A stretch of DNA of 64,000 bases from an uncultured Bdellovibrio sp. (GCA_963932905.1 CAWVRN010000001.1:32001-96000), one strand, 5' to 3'. Numbered from the stretch's first letter, positions 38,230-48,583 are shown. Notes: generated by a model from the sequence alone, not told the origin. Numbers and translations are program-made.

Positions 38230-39219
38230 ATGGCCGAGCGACTTATCTTTATCGTCGCTGATTCTTCTGCCGATTCCCGTTTAGACAAATACTTGTCATT
38301 GCAAAGCCCGATTTCATCACGTTCTCGGGCTGAATATTTAATTGATTCATCTTTAGTTACTGTTAATGGAAAGTCCGCTAAGTCGTCTTATAAATTGCGA
38401 ATCGGTGATAAAATTGAAGTTGAACTGCCGTCGCCTAAATCGACAGAAATAAGACCTTTCGATATCGAATTAGACATTCGATATGAAGACGATGATATTA
38501 TCGTCGTGAATAAACCTGCCGGTTTAGTTGTTCATCCAGCGGCAGGCCATGAAAACGACACGCTGGTGAACGCGTTGATGGCACATACAAAAAACTTGTC
38601 GATGAAATTTGGCGAAGATCGCCCCGGCATCGTTCATCGTATTGATAAAGAAACCAGTGGACTTCTAGTTATCGCGAAGAACGACTTTGCTCATCAACAC
38701 CTAAGTGATCAATTCAAAGCTCGTAGCATTACACGTTTGTACGAAGCTGTCTGTATCGGCGAGCCTAAGCAAGCCGAAGCTAAAATTACATCCATCATTG
38801 CTCGTCATCCTAATGATCGAAAGCGATTTGCTTCCGTGAAAGATACCCGTGGAAAAATTATCACGGCACCGTCTGAAGAAATCACAATCGGTAAAATAGC
38901 CATCTCCAGCTACAAAGTTTTAAAAAGCAAATCAACGGCATCACTTGTTCAATTGAAATTGTTCACAGGACGCACTCATCAAATTCGCGTGCATATGTCT
39001 GAATTGGGTCATCCCCTGCTTGGTGATAAACTCTATGCTTCGCCAATGGCCTCGAAAAAGATCGCGGGTGAAATGAAAAGCGAGATCGAATCTATGAATC
39101 GATTTCTTCTACATGCTAAAATTTTGGGGTTCATTCACCCAAAGACAGGAAAAGAAATGCATTTCGAAGTCGACTGGCCAACGCAGGAAAAAACATTTAT
39201 TCAAAAGTGGTTTCCATGA
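38230..39219 (+). CDS. rluD: RluA/RluD family 23S rRNA pseudouridine synthase
   Basis: S4 domain, NKPAGLVVHP, HRIDKETSG, TGRTHQIRVH; followed by pgeF. Confidence 0.9.
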   Translation: MAERLIFIVADSSADSRLDKYLSLQSPISSRSRAEYLIDSSLVTVNGKSAKSSYKLRIGDKIEVELPSPKSTEIRPFDIELDIRYEDDDIIVVNKPAGLVVHPAAGHENDTLVNALMAHTKNLSMKFGEDRPGIVHRIDKETSGLLVIAKNDFAHQHLSDQFKARSITRLYEAVCIGEPKQAEAKITSIIARHPNDRKRFASVKDTRGKIITAPSEEITIGKIAISSYKVLKSKSTASLVQLKLFTGRTHQIRVHMSELGHPLLGDKLYASPMASKKIAGEMKSEIESMNRFLLHAKILGFIHPKTGKEMHFEVDWPTQEKTFIQKWFP

Positions 39220-39890
39220 TTCAAAAAACAAAAGGCTTATTCTTTGAAGACGACAAGATCGAAGTTTTCTTCGGTAATAAACATTACGCACTAACTGAAC
39301 TAACAAGTTTAAAGCCAACTGGCGTGCACACAGTAAAACAAACTCATAGCGATGTATTCCATATCATCACTCGCCCCGAACCAATTCATCCGCAACCAGA
39401 AGGCGATGCTTTAGGAACCGATGTGCCTAAACAGTACTTAGCAATTAAAACTGCTGATTGTTTGCCGGTGATGATTCATGATCCTGAAAACAAACGTATA
39501 GCTGCAATCCACGCGGGGTGGAAAGGCGTTGCGGTCGGTATCGCACCTAAAACGGTAAAACAGTATTTTGAAAAATCTAAGACACTAAGACTCTTCATCG
39601 GCCCACACATCATGAAAAACTCTTTTGAAATAAAAAACGATGTGCTAGAGCAGCTTAAGAATTCATTGCCCGCAACTGCGTGGCCCAAAGTGAACGTAGA
39701 AACCCGAGGCGACAAATTCCACGTAGATCTAACCGAGGTCGTTGAACTTCAAATCAAATCCCAATTCCCAAACATTCAGTTCTCGGTAGAAAAAGCAAAT
39801 ATAGACACAAAAACATCCGATAACTACAATTCCTTCCGCCGAGACTCCGCAAACGCCGGTCGAAATATCTCCTACATCCGCTTAAAATAA
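39216..39890 (+). CDS. pgeF: PgeF/YfiH family protein
   Basis: QTHS, TADCLPV, IHAGWKG, IGPHI, SFRR; ATGA overlap with rluD. Confidence 0.9.
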   Translation: MIQKTKGLFFEDDKIEVFFGNKHYALTELTSLKPTGVHTVKQTHSDVFHIITRPEPIHPQPEGDALGTDVPKQYLAIKTADCLPVMIHDPENKRIAAIHAGWKGVAVGIAPKTVKQYFEKSKTLRLFIGPHIMKNSFEIKNDVLEQLKNSLPATAWPKVNVETRGDKFHVDLTEVVELQIKSQFPNIQFSVEKANIDTKTSDNYNSFRRDSANAGRNISYIRLK

Positions 39891-40011
39891 AAAAGCCCCA
39901 ACATTACTGTTGAGGCCTTCATTACATTTTGATCTTCAAAATTCGTATCAAACCACTCTCTTCAATACCCACAACTAACGCGCCGGGTACCAGAATGTTA
40001 GGAGGTACCTT

Positions 40012-41388
40012 TTATCTCCAGCGAACGGCGCTTGAGTTTAGGATTTGTACTGTTTTGGCTACGTTTAAGCGGCCACCAGATACTGTTACACCTTTTAGTG
40101 ATGGTAATTGATCTACACCAGCAAGCATGGCTTGTTTAAGTGCCAGAACAGCAGGGCCAGGGTTTGTGTAATATTTTTGGATGAATTGCTCATTCGCTGC
40201 TGCGTGGATCAATGCAATCGCACCGGCTACGTGAGGAGTCGCCATTGAAGTTCCAGTCAGGTTTGAATATTTGTTACCCGGAACAGTTGATAAGATGTTT
40301 GTTCCAGGAGCACCCAGATCGATTGTGCGTGCACCGTAACCAGATTGTGGATACTTAGCATTTTCTTTTGTCGTGTTCGTAACAGAAACGATGTACTCAG
40401 AAGCGCAACCAGTTGGTACGTCGCCTTGTTGATCCACGTTTACGTTGTTGTTAGCAGTCGCTGCCGCTGACAGAATACCTAGTTGACCCATTTGTTCATA
40501 TAGATCATTCCAAACTGGGAATTCACCCTTTTTGCAATCCGCATTGTCCACACCAAAGCTAGAATTAGTAGATACGATATTGGCACCACGCTGACCCTTA
40601 GAGTTGTACCAAAGTTTTTTCTGTTCAATGATGTAACCGTATGCTTTCGCAACAGTGGCCGTTGTTCCTGAAGCACCTTGGACCGCCATGATTTTAACAT
40701 TCCAGTTAACACCAGAAACACCGCGACCGTTGCTGCCTCTTGCTCCAACTGTACCCATTACGTGAGTTCCGTGGGTATCTGATGTGATATTTCCTGAATT
40801 GTTGAATGCATTCCAACCATAAACGTCATCGATGAATCCGTTAGCATCATCATCTTTACCGTTATTTGGAATTTCACCGCGATTAACGTAGATGTTTTCT
40901 CTTAGATCCTCGTGAGTTAAATCAAAGCCGCCGTCAACAACTGCAACTACGATATCACGACCACCTTTGTCTTTACCGCCGGTTGTAATATTCCAAACAG
41001 CCGCTGCATTGATACCTGAGCCTTCGATCATGTCCCATTGTTGATTAAACATTGGATCGTTAGGCAGTCCTCTCATGAAATTCATAGGTGCACGCAAAAA
41101 TACGTAATGATTTGGTTGAGCATAAGCAACACCCTTCACACGGTAAGCTGCTCCAAGAGCCTCCCGAGTCGTCGCTTTTCCTTTAACTAGGTATAGATTC
41201 AAAGTTGTTGAAACAACTTCTTTAATTTGTAGGCCTTGAGCCTGAAGGGCCGCTACGGCGTACTGTGGATTATATGCACCTTGGAAGCGTACGATAAATT
41301 CACCCGCAACATTCTGTCCTTGTCTGATTTGCTGTGCTTGTGCACCGATCGCTAAAATGATTGTTAATAATACCGAAAATAATTTCAT
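40012..41388 (-). CDS. exported subtilisin-like S8 serine peptidase
   Basis: VAVVDGG (Asp), HGTHVMG (His), GTSMATPHVAG (Ser); signal peptide and prodomain. Confidence 0.95.
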   Translation of the reverse strand: MKLFSVLLTIILAIGAQAQQIRQGQNVAGEFIVRFQGAYNPQYAVAALQAQGLQIKEVVSTTLNLYLVKGKATTREALGAAYRVKGVAYAQPNHYVFLRAPMNFMRGLPNDPMFNQQWDMIEGSGINAAAVWNITTGGKDKGGRDIVVAVVDGGFDLTHEDLRENIYVNRGEIPNNGKDDDANGFIDDVYGWNAFNNSGNITSDTHGTHVMGTVGARGSNGRGVSGVNWNVKIMAVQGASGTTATVAKAYGYIIEQKKLWYNSKGQRGANIVSTNSSFGVDNADCKKGEFPVWNDLYEQMGQLGILSAAATANNNVNVDQQGDVPTGCASEYIVSVTNTTKENAKYPQSGYGARTIDLGAPGTNILSTVPGNKYSNLTGTSMATPHVAGAIALIHAAANEQFIQKYYTNPGPAVLALKQAMLAGVDQLPSLKGVTVSGGRLNVAKTVQILNSSAVRWR

Positions 41389-41607
41389 GGTAAAAACCCC
41401 CCGTGGTCGAAACCTGCCGACACGCTATTTGCTAAGTAGCTGTTTTAGCAAATTTAATCTCCGCTAAGACGCGAAGCCAATTTTTATACGACCTATAAAT
41501 TTTTCTCATCTTTGTGAAATACAGCTTTTTCCCTTAATTTGCCTTGTATTTTAGCTCTATAAAAGATTAATAAAATCGAACCTTTACGTATCATTCAGGA
41601 GGACCAT

Positions 41608-43065
41608 TTGAAGCCGACTCGTTTGCGTATTAAACTTTTCGCTCTAGCAATGCTGTTTTTATCAGCTGCGTTTTCAAAACAAACTCTTAGACCTCTTAAT
41701 TCTGGTGACCTGGATCAACAATTTCAGAAGTCGATTTACTTCTTACTAAAGAACACGTCGCCGGCGGATGGCGTTCGGGGTTCAGTGATCGCAGCTCCTT
41801 CGCGCAATCATCCAGATTACTATTACCACTGGGTTCGTGATGCCGCTCTGGTTACAGAATCACTTCTGAATTTGTACATAGATCCTCGCTATAATAATTC
41901 TTCACTGAAAGCAAAAATTAGGTCTTTCTTACTTGATCACATAAAATTCAACTCGAAAATCCAGATATCAAGCCAATCTGCTAACGGATTGGGCGAGCCT
42001 AAATTTTGGGTAACGGGTCTTCCTTTCACAGGCCCGTGGGGTCGTCCTCAAAATGATGGACCCGCATTACGTTCTATCAATCACGCACGTATTTTAGATA
42101 TCGCTCTTCGTGAAAAATGGCCGGAAGCTGGTCAATTAGTTCCGTTCTTGTATGCTGCTAAAATTCCGGCGGATTCTTTAATCAAAAGAGACACTGAATT
42201 CGTAGCCCATCATTGGCGTGAACCAAACTTTGACCTGTGGGAAGAAGTTTACGGAATGCACTTCTACACTTTGCTAGCACAAAGAAAGGCTATGTTGTAC
42301 GGCGCTTCGGTAGCGACAGCCTTTAAAGATCAAGGTGCCGCTCAGTTTTACCATACACAAGCGACGCAAATTACAAACACACTTGAAAGTTTTTGGAATC
42401 AAGGCAAAGGCTTTATAGAAGCCACTAAGTTTCTTCAACGTGGCCGCAGCAAATCCCACCTAGATTCTGCAGTTCTACTTGGCGTTCTTCATTCCGAAGT
42501 AGAAGGTACCCGTTTTTCTGTTACTGACCCGCGAGTGATGGCGACTTATTTAAGTTTAAAAAATTCGTTTAATTTGATCTATACAATCAACAAAAATGTC
42601 GCGTATGGAACGGCGATTGGTCGTTATCCAGAAGATACGTATGATGGCTACGTAACTAACTCTCGCGGTAACCCGTGGGTGTTATCAACAGCGGCAGGTG
42701 CTGAATATTTGTATCGCTTGATGGTTAGCTATTTAAAACTAAAACAGATTCAAATTAACGATTACAACAAAGCCTACTTTGCTAGCTTAAGCGGTAATAC
42801 ACAATTGAAATCTGGACAGATTCTATCTCCGGTCGATCGTACTTATTCGTCAATCATCAAAGGTCTTTTCATCGAAGCGGATGGGTACCTATCTCGTATC
42901 TTGTTCCATCGCAATGCGGATGGTTCTTTATCGGAGCAAATGAATCGCGAGAGTGGTTACATGCAAGGTGCTCCCAATTTAACTTGGAGCCATGCTAGTT
43001 TCATCACGGCAAAATTGCGTCGTGACGAAGCTATCACTGTAGGTCGCGCGTATCTTAAAAGATAA
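41608..43065 (+). CDS. exported glucoamylase, glycoside hydrolase family 15
   Basis: YYYHWVRD, GLGEPKF, WGRPQNDGPALR, DLWEE, GRYPEDTY..GNPW, LSEQ, LTWSH; TTG start with RBS AGGAGG. Confidence 0.93.
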   Translation: MKPTRLRIKLFALAMLFLSAAFSKQTLRPLNSGDLDQQFQKSIYFLLKNTSPADGVRGSVIAAPSRNHPDYYYHWVRDAALVTESLLNLYIDPRYNNSSLKAKIRSFLLDHIKFNSKIQISSQSANGLGEPKFWVTGLPFTGPWGRPQNDGPALRSINHARILDIALREKWPEAGQLVPFLYAAKIPADSLIKRDTEFVAHHWREPNFDLWEEVYGMHFYTLLAQRKAMLYGASVATAFKDQGAAQFYHTQATQITNTLESFWNQGKGFIEATKFLQRGRSKSHLDSAVLLGVLHSEVEGTRFSVTDPRVMATYLSLKNSFNLIYTINKNVAYGTAIGRYPEDTYDGYVTNSRGNPWVLSTAAGAEYLYRLMVSYLKLKQIQINDYNKAYFASLSGNTQLKSGQILSPVDRTYSSIIKGLFIEADGYLSRILFHRNADGSLSEQMNRESGYMQGAPNLTWSHASFITAKLRRDEAITVGRAYLKR

Positions 43066-43066
43066 T

Positions 43067-43222
43067 TTTGAAGCAGCTTCGTTAGTTCATAAAGTGGGCG
43101 AAGTTTTCTTCAGTGGTGGTTTAGCAATATTCGAACAACTTCCCGTTATCTTTGCAATGGGTGTTGCCATTGGGTTCACGGCAGGTGCTGGGGCTGCGGC
43201 TTTAGCAGCTGGTGCGGGTTAA
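43067..43222 (+). pseudogene. fragment of a glucose-family PTS EIIC gene
   Basis: Frame reads ..GGLAIFEQLPVIFAMGVAIGFTAGAGAAALAAGAG*, matching the PtsG/NagE EIIC segment GGxxFxxLPxIFAxGVAxGF; no start codon. Confidence 0.75.
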
Positions 43223-43875
43223 TAAACGCATCATTTTGCGCACCCTTGATATAGGCGGCGATAAAGTGATTTCGTATTTAGATTTGGAAAAAGAAGAAAA
43301 TCCATTCCTTGGCGTACGGGGAATCCGCTTGTGTTTGAAATACAAAGATTTATTCAAGGATCAATTACGTGCAGTCCTACGAGCCTCTGTTTATACATCG
43401 GACCTGGGAATCATGTTCCCGATGGTTTCGACGATCGAAGAGATAAAAGAAAGAAAAAAAATATTTGCTGAGGTTCAAAAAGAGCTCAGCCTTAAAAATA
43501 TTCCGTACAATAAAGACATTGAATTGGGTGTAATGATGGAAGTTCCATCACTAGGATTCATGTTAAAAGAAGTAGCAGCTGAAGTTTCATTTATTTAGCA
43601 TTGGTACAAATGATTTATTCCAGTACTCAAATGCCTGTGATCGTATGAATGCGGATTTAGGTTCCATTTCATCGCCAAATCACCCTGGTTTTTTAAGATT
43701 TTTGAAGTTTATTATTCAAGAATCTAAAACTCATGGTTTGCATGTGGCCGTTTGTGGTTCCATCGCGCATCACCCGCAGATTATGCCGTTCTTAATTGAA
43801 TGTGGCGTAGATGATCTGAGCATGACGGCTCAGCATGTACTGGAAGCCCGCAAAGTTATCGCAAACCTTCCATAA
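43221..43875 (+). pseudogene. ptsI: C-terminal fragment of PTS enzyme I, frameshifted
   Basis: RTLDIGGDK, EENPFLGVRGIR, MFPMV, GVMMEVPS; a +1 frameshift near 43595 precedes SIGTNDLFQY..DR..VCG; N-terminal domains are absent. Confidence 0.85.
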
Positions 43876-44046
43876 GCTGAAAAGTACATCTTCGCTTCGA
43901 ATTAAACAAATAGCGTCACTGTCTATAGGATTTGCACTTAAAACTCATTAGAAATAACTGATCAGGATTCCTTTTTGCAGCGGAAAGAGGGCTTGTATGT
44001 GGAAATAGTAGTTATTGTTATTTTTTAAGTTTATCAGAGGTTTAAA

Positions 44047-44523
44047 ATGAAATTTAATATTTTGTGCATCTTATGTGTCATTTCCTTAAACTCATTTGCT
44101 GGGTTAAAAACAATGTCATTAAGTGATTTTAGTAAGATCGAGGATAAGTCTAGAGCTTATTCAACTGCGATTATCAAGTTCTCTCCCTATGTTAGTTTGC
44201 GGTATTACGAACCAGAAGCTAAGTGGGCAGCGGCTAATAGTACATTAGATATCGGCGAATATGTGAGCTCTATTAATAAAACTGAAAAGTTGGAGAACTA
44301 TACAATTAATCTATCTTATCGATGGGGAGATTCGAGACAAACAAGAAATCTTGTGACATGTGCCGAACTTGGATCAGCTCTCGCTTGCGAGGAAATGACA
44401 CAACAACTACTTAAAGCGGTGTTGAGCAAAAAATGTGAATTTATTTTTGTTCAAGCTCCTAAAAATCATAGAAATTTCACTGAAATATTCTGCGTTAAGC
44501 CTGCACGATCTTTATTTTTTTAA
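44047..44523 (+). CDS. exported hypothetical protein
   Basis: RBS GAGG, signal peptide, AT-rich codon usage. Confidence 0.7.
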   Translation: MKFNILCILCVISLNSFAGLKTMSLSDFSKIEDKSRAYSTAIIKFSPYVSLRYYEPEAKWAAANSTLDIGEYVSSINKTEKLENYTINLSYRWGDSRQTRNLVTCAELGSALACEEMTQQLLKAVLSKKCEFIFVQAPKNHRNFTEIFCVKPARSLFF

Positions 44524-44526
44524 TGC

Positions 44527-44600
44527 TGACCTCCCTGATTGAGTAGATCCAAAAGTTAGACAGCTCCTCCCAGAGTAGAACTTAAAAGGATCAGCGTGTG
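44527..44600 (+). mobile_element. possible orphan IS3-family left end
   Basis: TGACCTCCC..GAGTAGATCCAAAAGTTAGACA resembles IS3/IS150-type terminal repeats; followed by an RBS-like AAGGA and GTG-TGA; no transposase or partner end seen. Confidence 0.35.
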
Positions 44601-44615
44601 ACGTTCTCTACATAT

Positions 44616-44644
44616 AAAAAAAGCACCTTTTGGGTGCTTTTTTT
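44616..44644. terminator. bidirectional terminator downstream of tRNA-Phe
   Basis: AAAAAAAGCACC-TTTTG-GGTGCTTTTTTT. Confidence 0.85.
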
Positions 44645-44658
44645 CGCGTTTATTAAGA

Positions 44659-44734
<76 letters not shown>

Positions 44735-44785
44735 TCGGTTTTACTTGTCCGAAGTCAGTTAAGTAACCTTGCGGTAAATATCTTG

Positions 44786-45946
44786 TCAAGAGTTAAAAGC
44801 TTTTTCCAAATCCTTGATAAGATCGTCAATATCTTCGATTCCAACGGATAAACGGATCAAAGAATCATCGATTCCTAGCTCTTTACGCTTGTCAGCCGGA
44901 ACACTTGCATGGGTCATGATTGCCGGGTGCTCGATTAGCGATTCAACCCCGCCTAAACTTTCAGCTAAAGCAAAAATCTCTACACTTTCTAGAAATTTTC
45001 TAGCCGCCGGAAGGCCACCTTTGATGAAAAACGTGATCATTCCACCAAATCCTAGCATTTGGCGCTTAGCCAAATCATGCTGAGGATGTGATTTTAATCC
45101 TGGGTAAATAACTCGATCTACTTTAGGGTGGGACGACAAGAAATCAGCGACTTTCAAAGCGTTCGCTTCGTGCGCTTTCATACGCAGTGGCAATGTTTTT
45201 AAACTTCTTAATGCCAAAAATGAATCAAAAGGGCCTTGAATGGTCCCCATGGAATTACTTAAAAAAGCCATGCGTTCTGCAAGATCTGTCTTGTTGGTTA
45301 CGGCAATACCGCCGACCATATCCGAGTGACCGCCGATATACTTCGTAGCTGAATGAACAACAATGTCAGCGCCCAAATCAAGGGGGCGTTGGAAGTATGG
45401 ACTCATAAATGTATTATCTACGACGACCAAAATTCCTTTTTGGTGTGCGATTTTAGCAATAGTTTCGATGTCGGCTAGTTTCAATGTAGGATTCGTTGGA
45501 GTTTCAAGCCAAACCATTTTAGTCGTTGGCGTGATTGCGGCTTCAAAATTTTTAACTTGAGTTAAATCAACATACGAAAAATTTAAACCCATCGGACGCA
45601 AAACTTTATCAAATAGACGGAATGTACCACCGTACATATCGTCCATCGCGATAACGTGATCTGCATTTTTCAACAAAGCTAAAATAGTCGTAGTCGCAGC
45701 GCAACCCGAAGCAAATGCAAACCCGTGAGTTCCATTTTCCAAAGCCGCCATACAATTTTCATACGCTTTACGAGTGGGATTGTGAGTACGCGAATACTCC
45801 CAACCCTTATGTACACCCGGAGACTCTTGTACGTAAGTCGATGTTAAATAGACAGGAGTCATAATCGCCCCTGTCGTTGGGTCAGGTTGTTGACCGGCAT
45901 GAATTGCCTTTGTTGCAAACTTTACTTTAGTGTCTTTGTTTTTCAT
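44786..45946 (-). CDS. cystathionine gamma-lyase/synthase (PLP)
   Basis: YSRTHNPTR, ETPTNP, DNTFMSPY, HSATKYIGGHSD, AESLGGVESL. Confidence 0.93.
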   Translation of the reverse strand: MKNKDTKVKFATKAIHAGQQPDPTTGAIMTPVYLTSTYVQESPGVHKGWEYSRTHNPTRKAYENCMAALENGTHGFAFASGCAATTTILALLKNADHVIAMDDMYGGTFRLFDKVLRPMGLNFSYVDLTQVKNFEAAITPTTKMVWLETPTNPTLKLADIETIAKIAHQKGILVVVDNTFMSPYFQRPLDLGADIVVHSATKYIGGHSDMVGGIAVTNKTDLAERMAFLSNSMGTIQGPFDSFLALRSLKTLPLRMKAHEANALKVADFLSSHPKVDRVIYPGLKSHPQHDLAKRQMLGFGGMITFFIKGGLPAARKFLESVEIFALAESLGGVESLIEHPAIMTHASVPADKRKELGIDDSLIRLSVGIEDIDDLIKDLEKAFNS

Positions 45947-45984
45947 GTAATACCTCTGAGGTTTAGCTGACTCTAATTTTCCGG

Positions 45985-47034
45985 CTAAATTCCAATTTCT
46001 TTATAATACGTTTGGTAGTCTTCAATTTTATTAAAAACTTTCCCAATTTCTTCTGCCGTTAAGAAACCGTTGTCGATCATCCATTTGTTGTTAAAGGCTT
46101 TGCTTAAATAAGCTTTTCCGCTATCAGGCAACATCACTAGGAAACGTTTCTTTTCTTTGATTTTTTTCCCATATTTAATAGCGCCTACAAGGGCCATCGC
46201 ACTGGACGGACCAACGCACAGCGATTCTTTTTGGATTAATTCGCGAGTCATTAAGAATGATTCTTTGTCATTTACACGCACAAAATCATCCATGTATTGA
46301 AGTTCCACATTTTCAGGTAAGAAATCTTCCCCAACGCCTTCGACTTTATACGATGCTGGCGGGTCGATAACTTTTTTATGATAAAATAAGTCATAAAGGA
46401 TACTTCCCACAGGATCTGCGCATACTATTTTAATAGTTGGGTTTTTTTCTTTTAAATATCGACCTACACCCGAAATAGTGCCGCCCGTTCCGGCTCCGGC
46501 AACAAAAACATCAAGTTTGCCGTCCATTTGTTCCCAAATTTCAGGACCTGTGGATCTATAGTGGCGCTCACGATTGTCGATATTGTGATATTGATTCGCG
46601 TAAAAACAATTTGGCGTATTATCCGCGATCTTTTTTGCCACATTCACGTAATAACGGGGGTCTGTTGGCTCAACCCCAGTAGGCGTAATCAAAACTTTGG
46701 CACCAAATGCAGCTAAAATCGCGCGTTTTTCTTCGCTAATCTTATCTGGCATGATGAAAATACATTTATAACCTTTGCTGGCGGCTACAAATGCCAATCC
46801 CAAACCTGTATTTCCTGAAGTGGCCTCCACAATTGTGCCGCCGGGTTTTAATTCCCCACGTTTTTCAGCGCCTTCAATCAATGCGATAGCAATGCGATCT
46901 TTTACGCTGCCACCAGGATTGAAATATTCAAGTTTCACATAAAAATCGTGAATTGAATCTTTAGTTATAGAGTTAAGTTTAATGACCGGCGTATTGCCGA
47001 TGGTTTCAATAATAGAGTTTTTAATCTTAGACAT
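45985..47034 (-). CDS. cystathionine beta-synthase / cysteine synthase family
   Basis: KLEYFNPGGSVKDR, EATSGNTG, GAGTGGT, YKVEGVG; paired with the gamma-lyase gene. Confidence 0.9.
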   Translation of the reverse strand: MSKIKNSIIETIGNTPVIKLNSITKDSIHDFYVKLEYFNPGGSVKDRIAIALIEGAEKRGELKPGGTIVEATSGNTGLGLAFVAASKGYKCIFIMPDKISEEKRAILAAFGAKVLITPTGVEPTDPRYYVNVAKKIADNTPNCFYANQYHNIDNRERHYRSTGPEIWEQMDGKLDVFVAGAGTGGTISGVGRYLKEKNPTIKIVCADPVGSILYDLFYHKKVIDPPASYKVEGVGEDFLPENVELQYMDDFVRVNDKESFLMTRELIQKESLCVGPSSAMALVGAIKYGKKIKEKKRFLVMLPDSGKAYLSKAFNNKWMIDNGFLTAEEIGKVFNKIEDYQTYYKEIGI

Positions 47035-47288
47035 TACTCATTCATAGCTTGGCGATTTAAGGACTGCAACCGATTAAAAACGGTTCCTAGCTGTGTCGCC
47101 GAGTTCAATGAATAGGGGATTTTCAGAAATTTACAGTAATCGCGGACTTTGGCTTTATCGGGAGCATCTTTAATAAGCTCATCGACTAAAAGTCTGTAAG
47201 TTTCTAACTTAGACTCCACATCACGAAACGAAGAAGGGACTTTGTCGCCAGCAGATTTCAAAAGATTTTTCTCTTTGCTAAACACCAA
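47034..47288 (-). CDS. hypothetical protein
   Basis: 84-aa ORF, RBS GGGGG, stop overlaps the next ATG. Confidence 0.6.
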   Translation of the reverse strand: MVFSKEKNLLKSAGDKVPSSFRDVESKLETYRLLVDELIKDAPDKAKVRDYCKFLKIPYSLNSATQLGTVFNRLQSLNRQAMNE

Positions 47289-47321
47289 ACTCGCCCCCCG
47301 ATGAGTCTATTTTCGCCTACT

Positions 47322-47771
47322 TCATCTTAAACTTTCAATAAAATTTTGCAACAGAGGTCCAAAAATTACAGTCAAGAGCGCGGGAAACTGGAAAAAAAGG
47401 ACGGGAATCATCACTAAGTAGGGAAGTTTAATTAACTTTTCTTGGATCTCACGTTCGCACGCCTGATAAATTTCGTGTTCAAGTATGAGAATCTGATTAT
47501 AGATGGGTTCTTTCCTAATCCCTTTTTCTAGCAACTGGAGCACTTGTCGACGATAAATGGATTTCAATCCAACAACATGATCATGCGTAGGCATCTGACG
47601 TTCGATTAAAATGAACCACTGACGTGTGGCCTTAACAAACATATGATTAGCAAATGCGTGGCCATTGTGTGCGCTGAGATAGCGTTTAATTCCATCTTGG
47701 ATAGATTTTCCTTTTTCAATACTGCTTTTCACATGCAACAACAGCTCGAGTGGCGGTGCTAAATCTTCCAT
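47322..47771 (-). CDS. TadC-like (T2SS F family) protein, short
   Basis: GKSI..G, C-terminal KL...MIPVLFFQFPALL..IFGP TM typical of TadC; ATG 47771 overlaps the end of the previous gene. Confidence 0.6.
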   Translation of the reverse strand: MEDLAPPLELLLHVKSSIEKGKSIQDGIKRYLSAHNGHAFANHMFVKATRQWFILIERQMPTHDHVVGLKSIYRRQVLQLLEKGIRKEPIYNQILILEHEIYQACEREIQEKLIKLPYLVMIPVLFFQFPALLTVIFGPLLQNFIESLR

Positions 47772-48529
47772 TTGTGATTCCTTTGCAAATAAAACAAACC
47801 TAGGCAACCAAATGTGAACCAAATAGTCGCCGGGAGAAGATATTTTAGAAATAGCTTTGTCTCATAGTTGGAATACGAAAAAAAACTGACCGCGAAGAAA
47901 ACAAAAATCAGAAATCCGGCTTGCACATTCATATTTAGTGCCACTTGTCTCGACCTATGTCTCAAATCTAGTCGCAATTTTATATTTCGGCGCAGTTTTT
48001 GAAGTTGCTCGAGCGTTTTAACTTGTGATGTTTGTACATACGACAGTTCTTCGGCCAAGTTTTTCAGTGTTGGTGACACGATTTTCGAAACATTTTGTCC
48101 CAAATTCACCGCACGGACCAAATCATGGAACTGACGACGTCGCCAACCATTCATATCTTCCAAAGACTTGTCCATGGCTGATCTTAAGGCGATGCCGGCA
48201 GACACGCCGAGAATAATTTTGTCCAAAAAATTCAAACTTTCTTTCTGCATTTCAGTTTCAAATAAACTTCGTGCCAAGTGCGGCAAAATTCTCGCGATAA
48301 CAATCAGAAAAAAATAAAGAAACCACACGATGACCGGACTTTCGAATGCAAAATGAGTCACTGTTAAAACAATTGATACTAAAAAATACATGACGATGTT
48401 GAAAAAAGATGTGCTGAGACCGAAATTAAAAAAGAATTCGTGAATCTCATGCTTTAGAATTAAAAATCCGAGAAGCGAAATCGAAAATGAAACAACCATT
48501 GATAGCATCATGAAAAAAAATCGTATCAA
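47759..48529 (-). CDS. TadB-like (T2SS F family) membrane protein
   Basis: N-terminal TMs, FLD......SAG.ALR.A, C-terminal QA plus two TMs. Confidence 0.65.
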   Translation of the reverse strand: MIRFFFMMLSMVVSFSISLLGFLILKHEIHEFFFNFGLSTSFFNIVMYFLVSIVLTVTHFAFESPVIVWFLYFFLIVIARILPHLARSLFETEMQKESLNFLDKIILGVSAGIALRSAMDKSLEDMNGWRRRQFHDLVRAVNLGQNVSKIVSPTLKNLAEELSYVQTSQVKTLEQLQKLRRNIKLRLDLRHRSRQVALNMNVQAGFLIFVFFAVSFFSYSNYETKLFLKYLLPATIWFTFGCLGLFYLQRNHKWKI

Positions 48530-48554
48530 TTTCTGTGCAAGTGATTTTTTTTTG

Positions 48555-48583
48555 TTGACGAACTTTGTCGCATTGTGAAGACT
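48555..48583 (+). promoter_or_regulatory. sigma70-type promoter candidate for the small Lys-rich ORF
   Basis: TTGACG-N17-AAGACT with TG just upstream; hairpin TGTAGTG/CACTACA in the leader. Confidence 0.45.

Noticed and set aside
43585..43605. Programmed frameshift or stop readthrough in ptsI
   Set aside because: The gene also lacks its N-terminal domains and start, so decay (or a sequencing error) is the simpler explanation.
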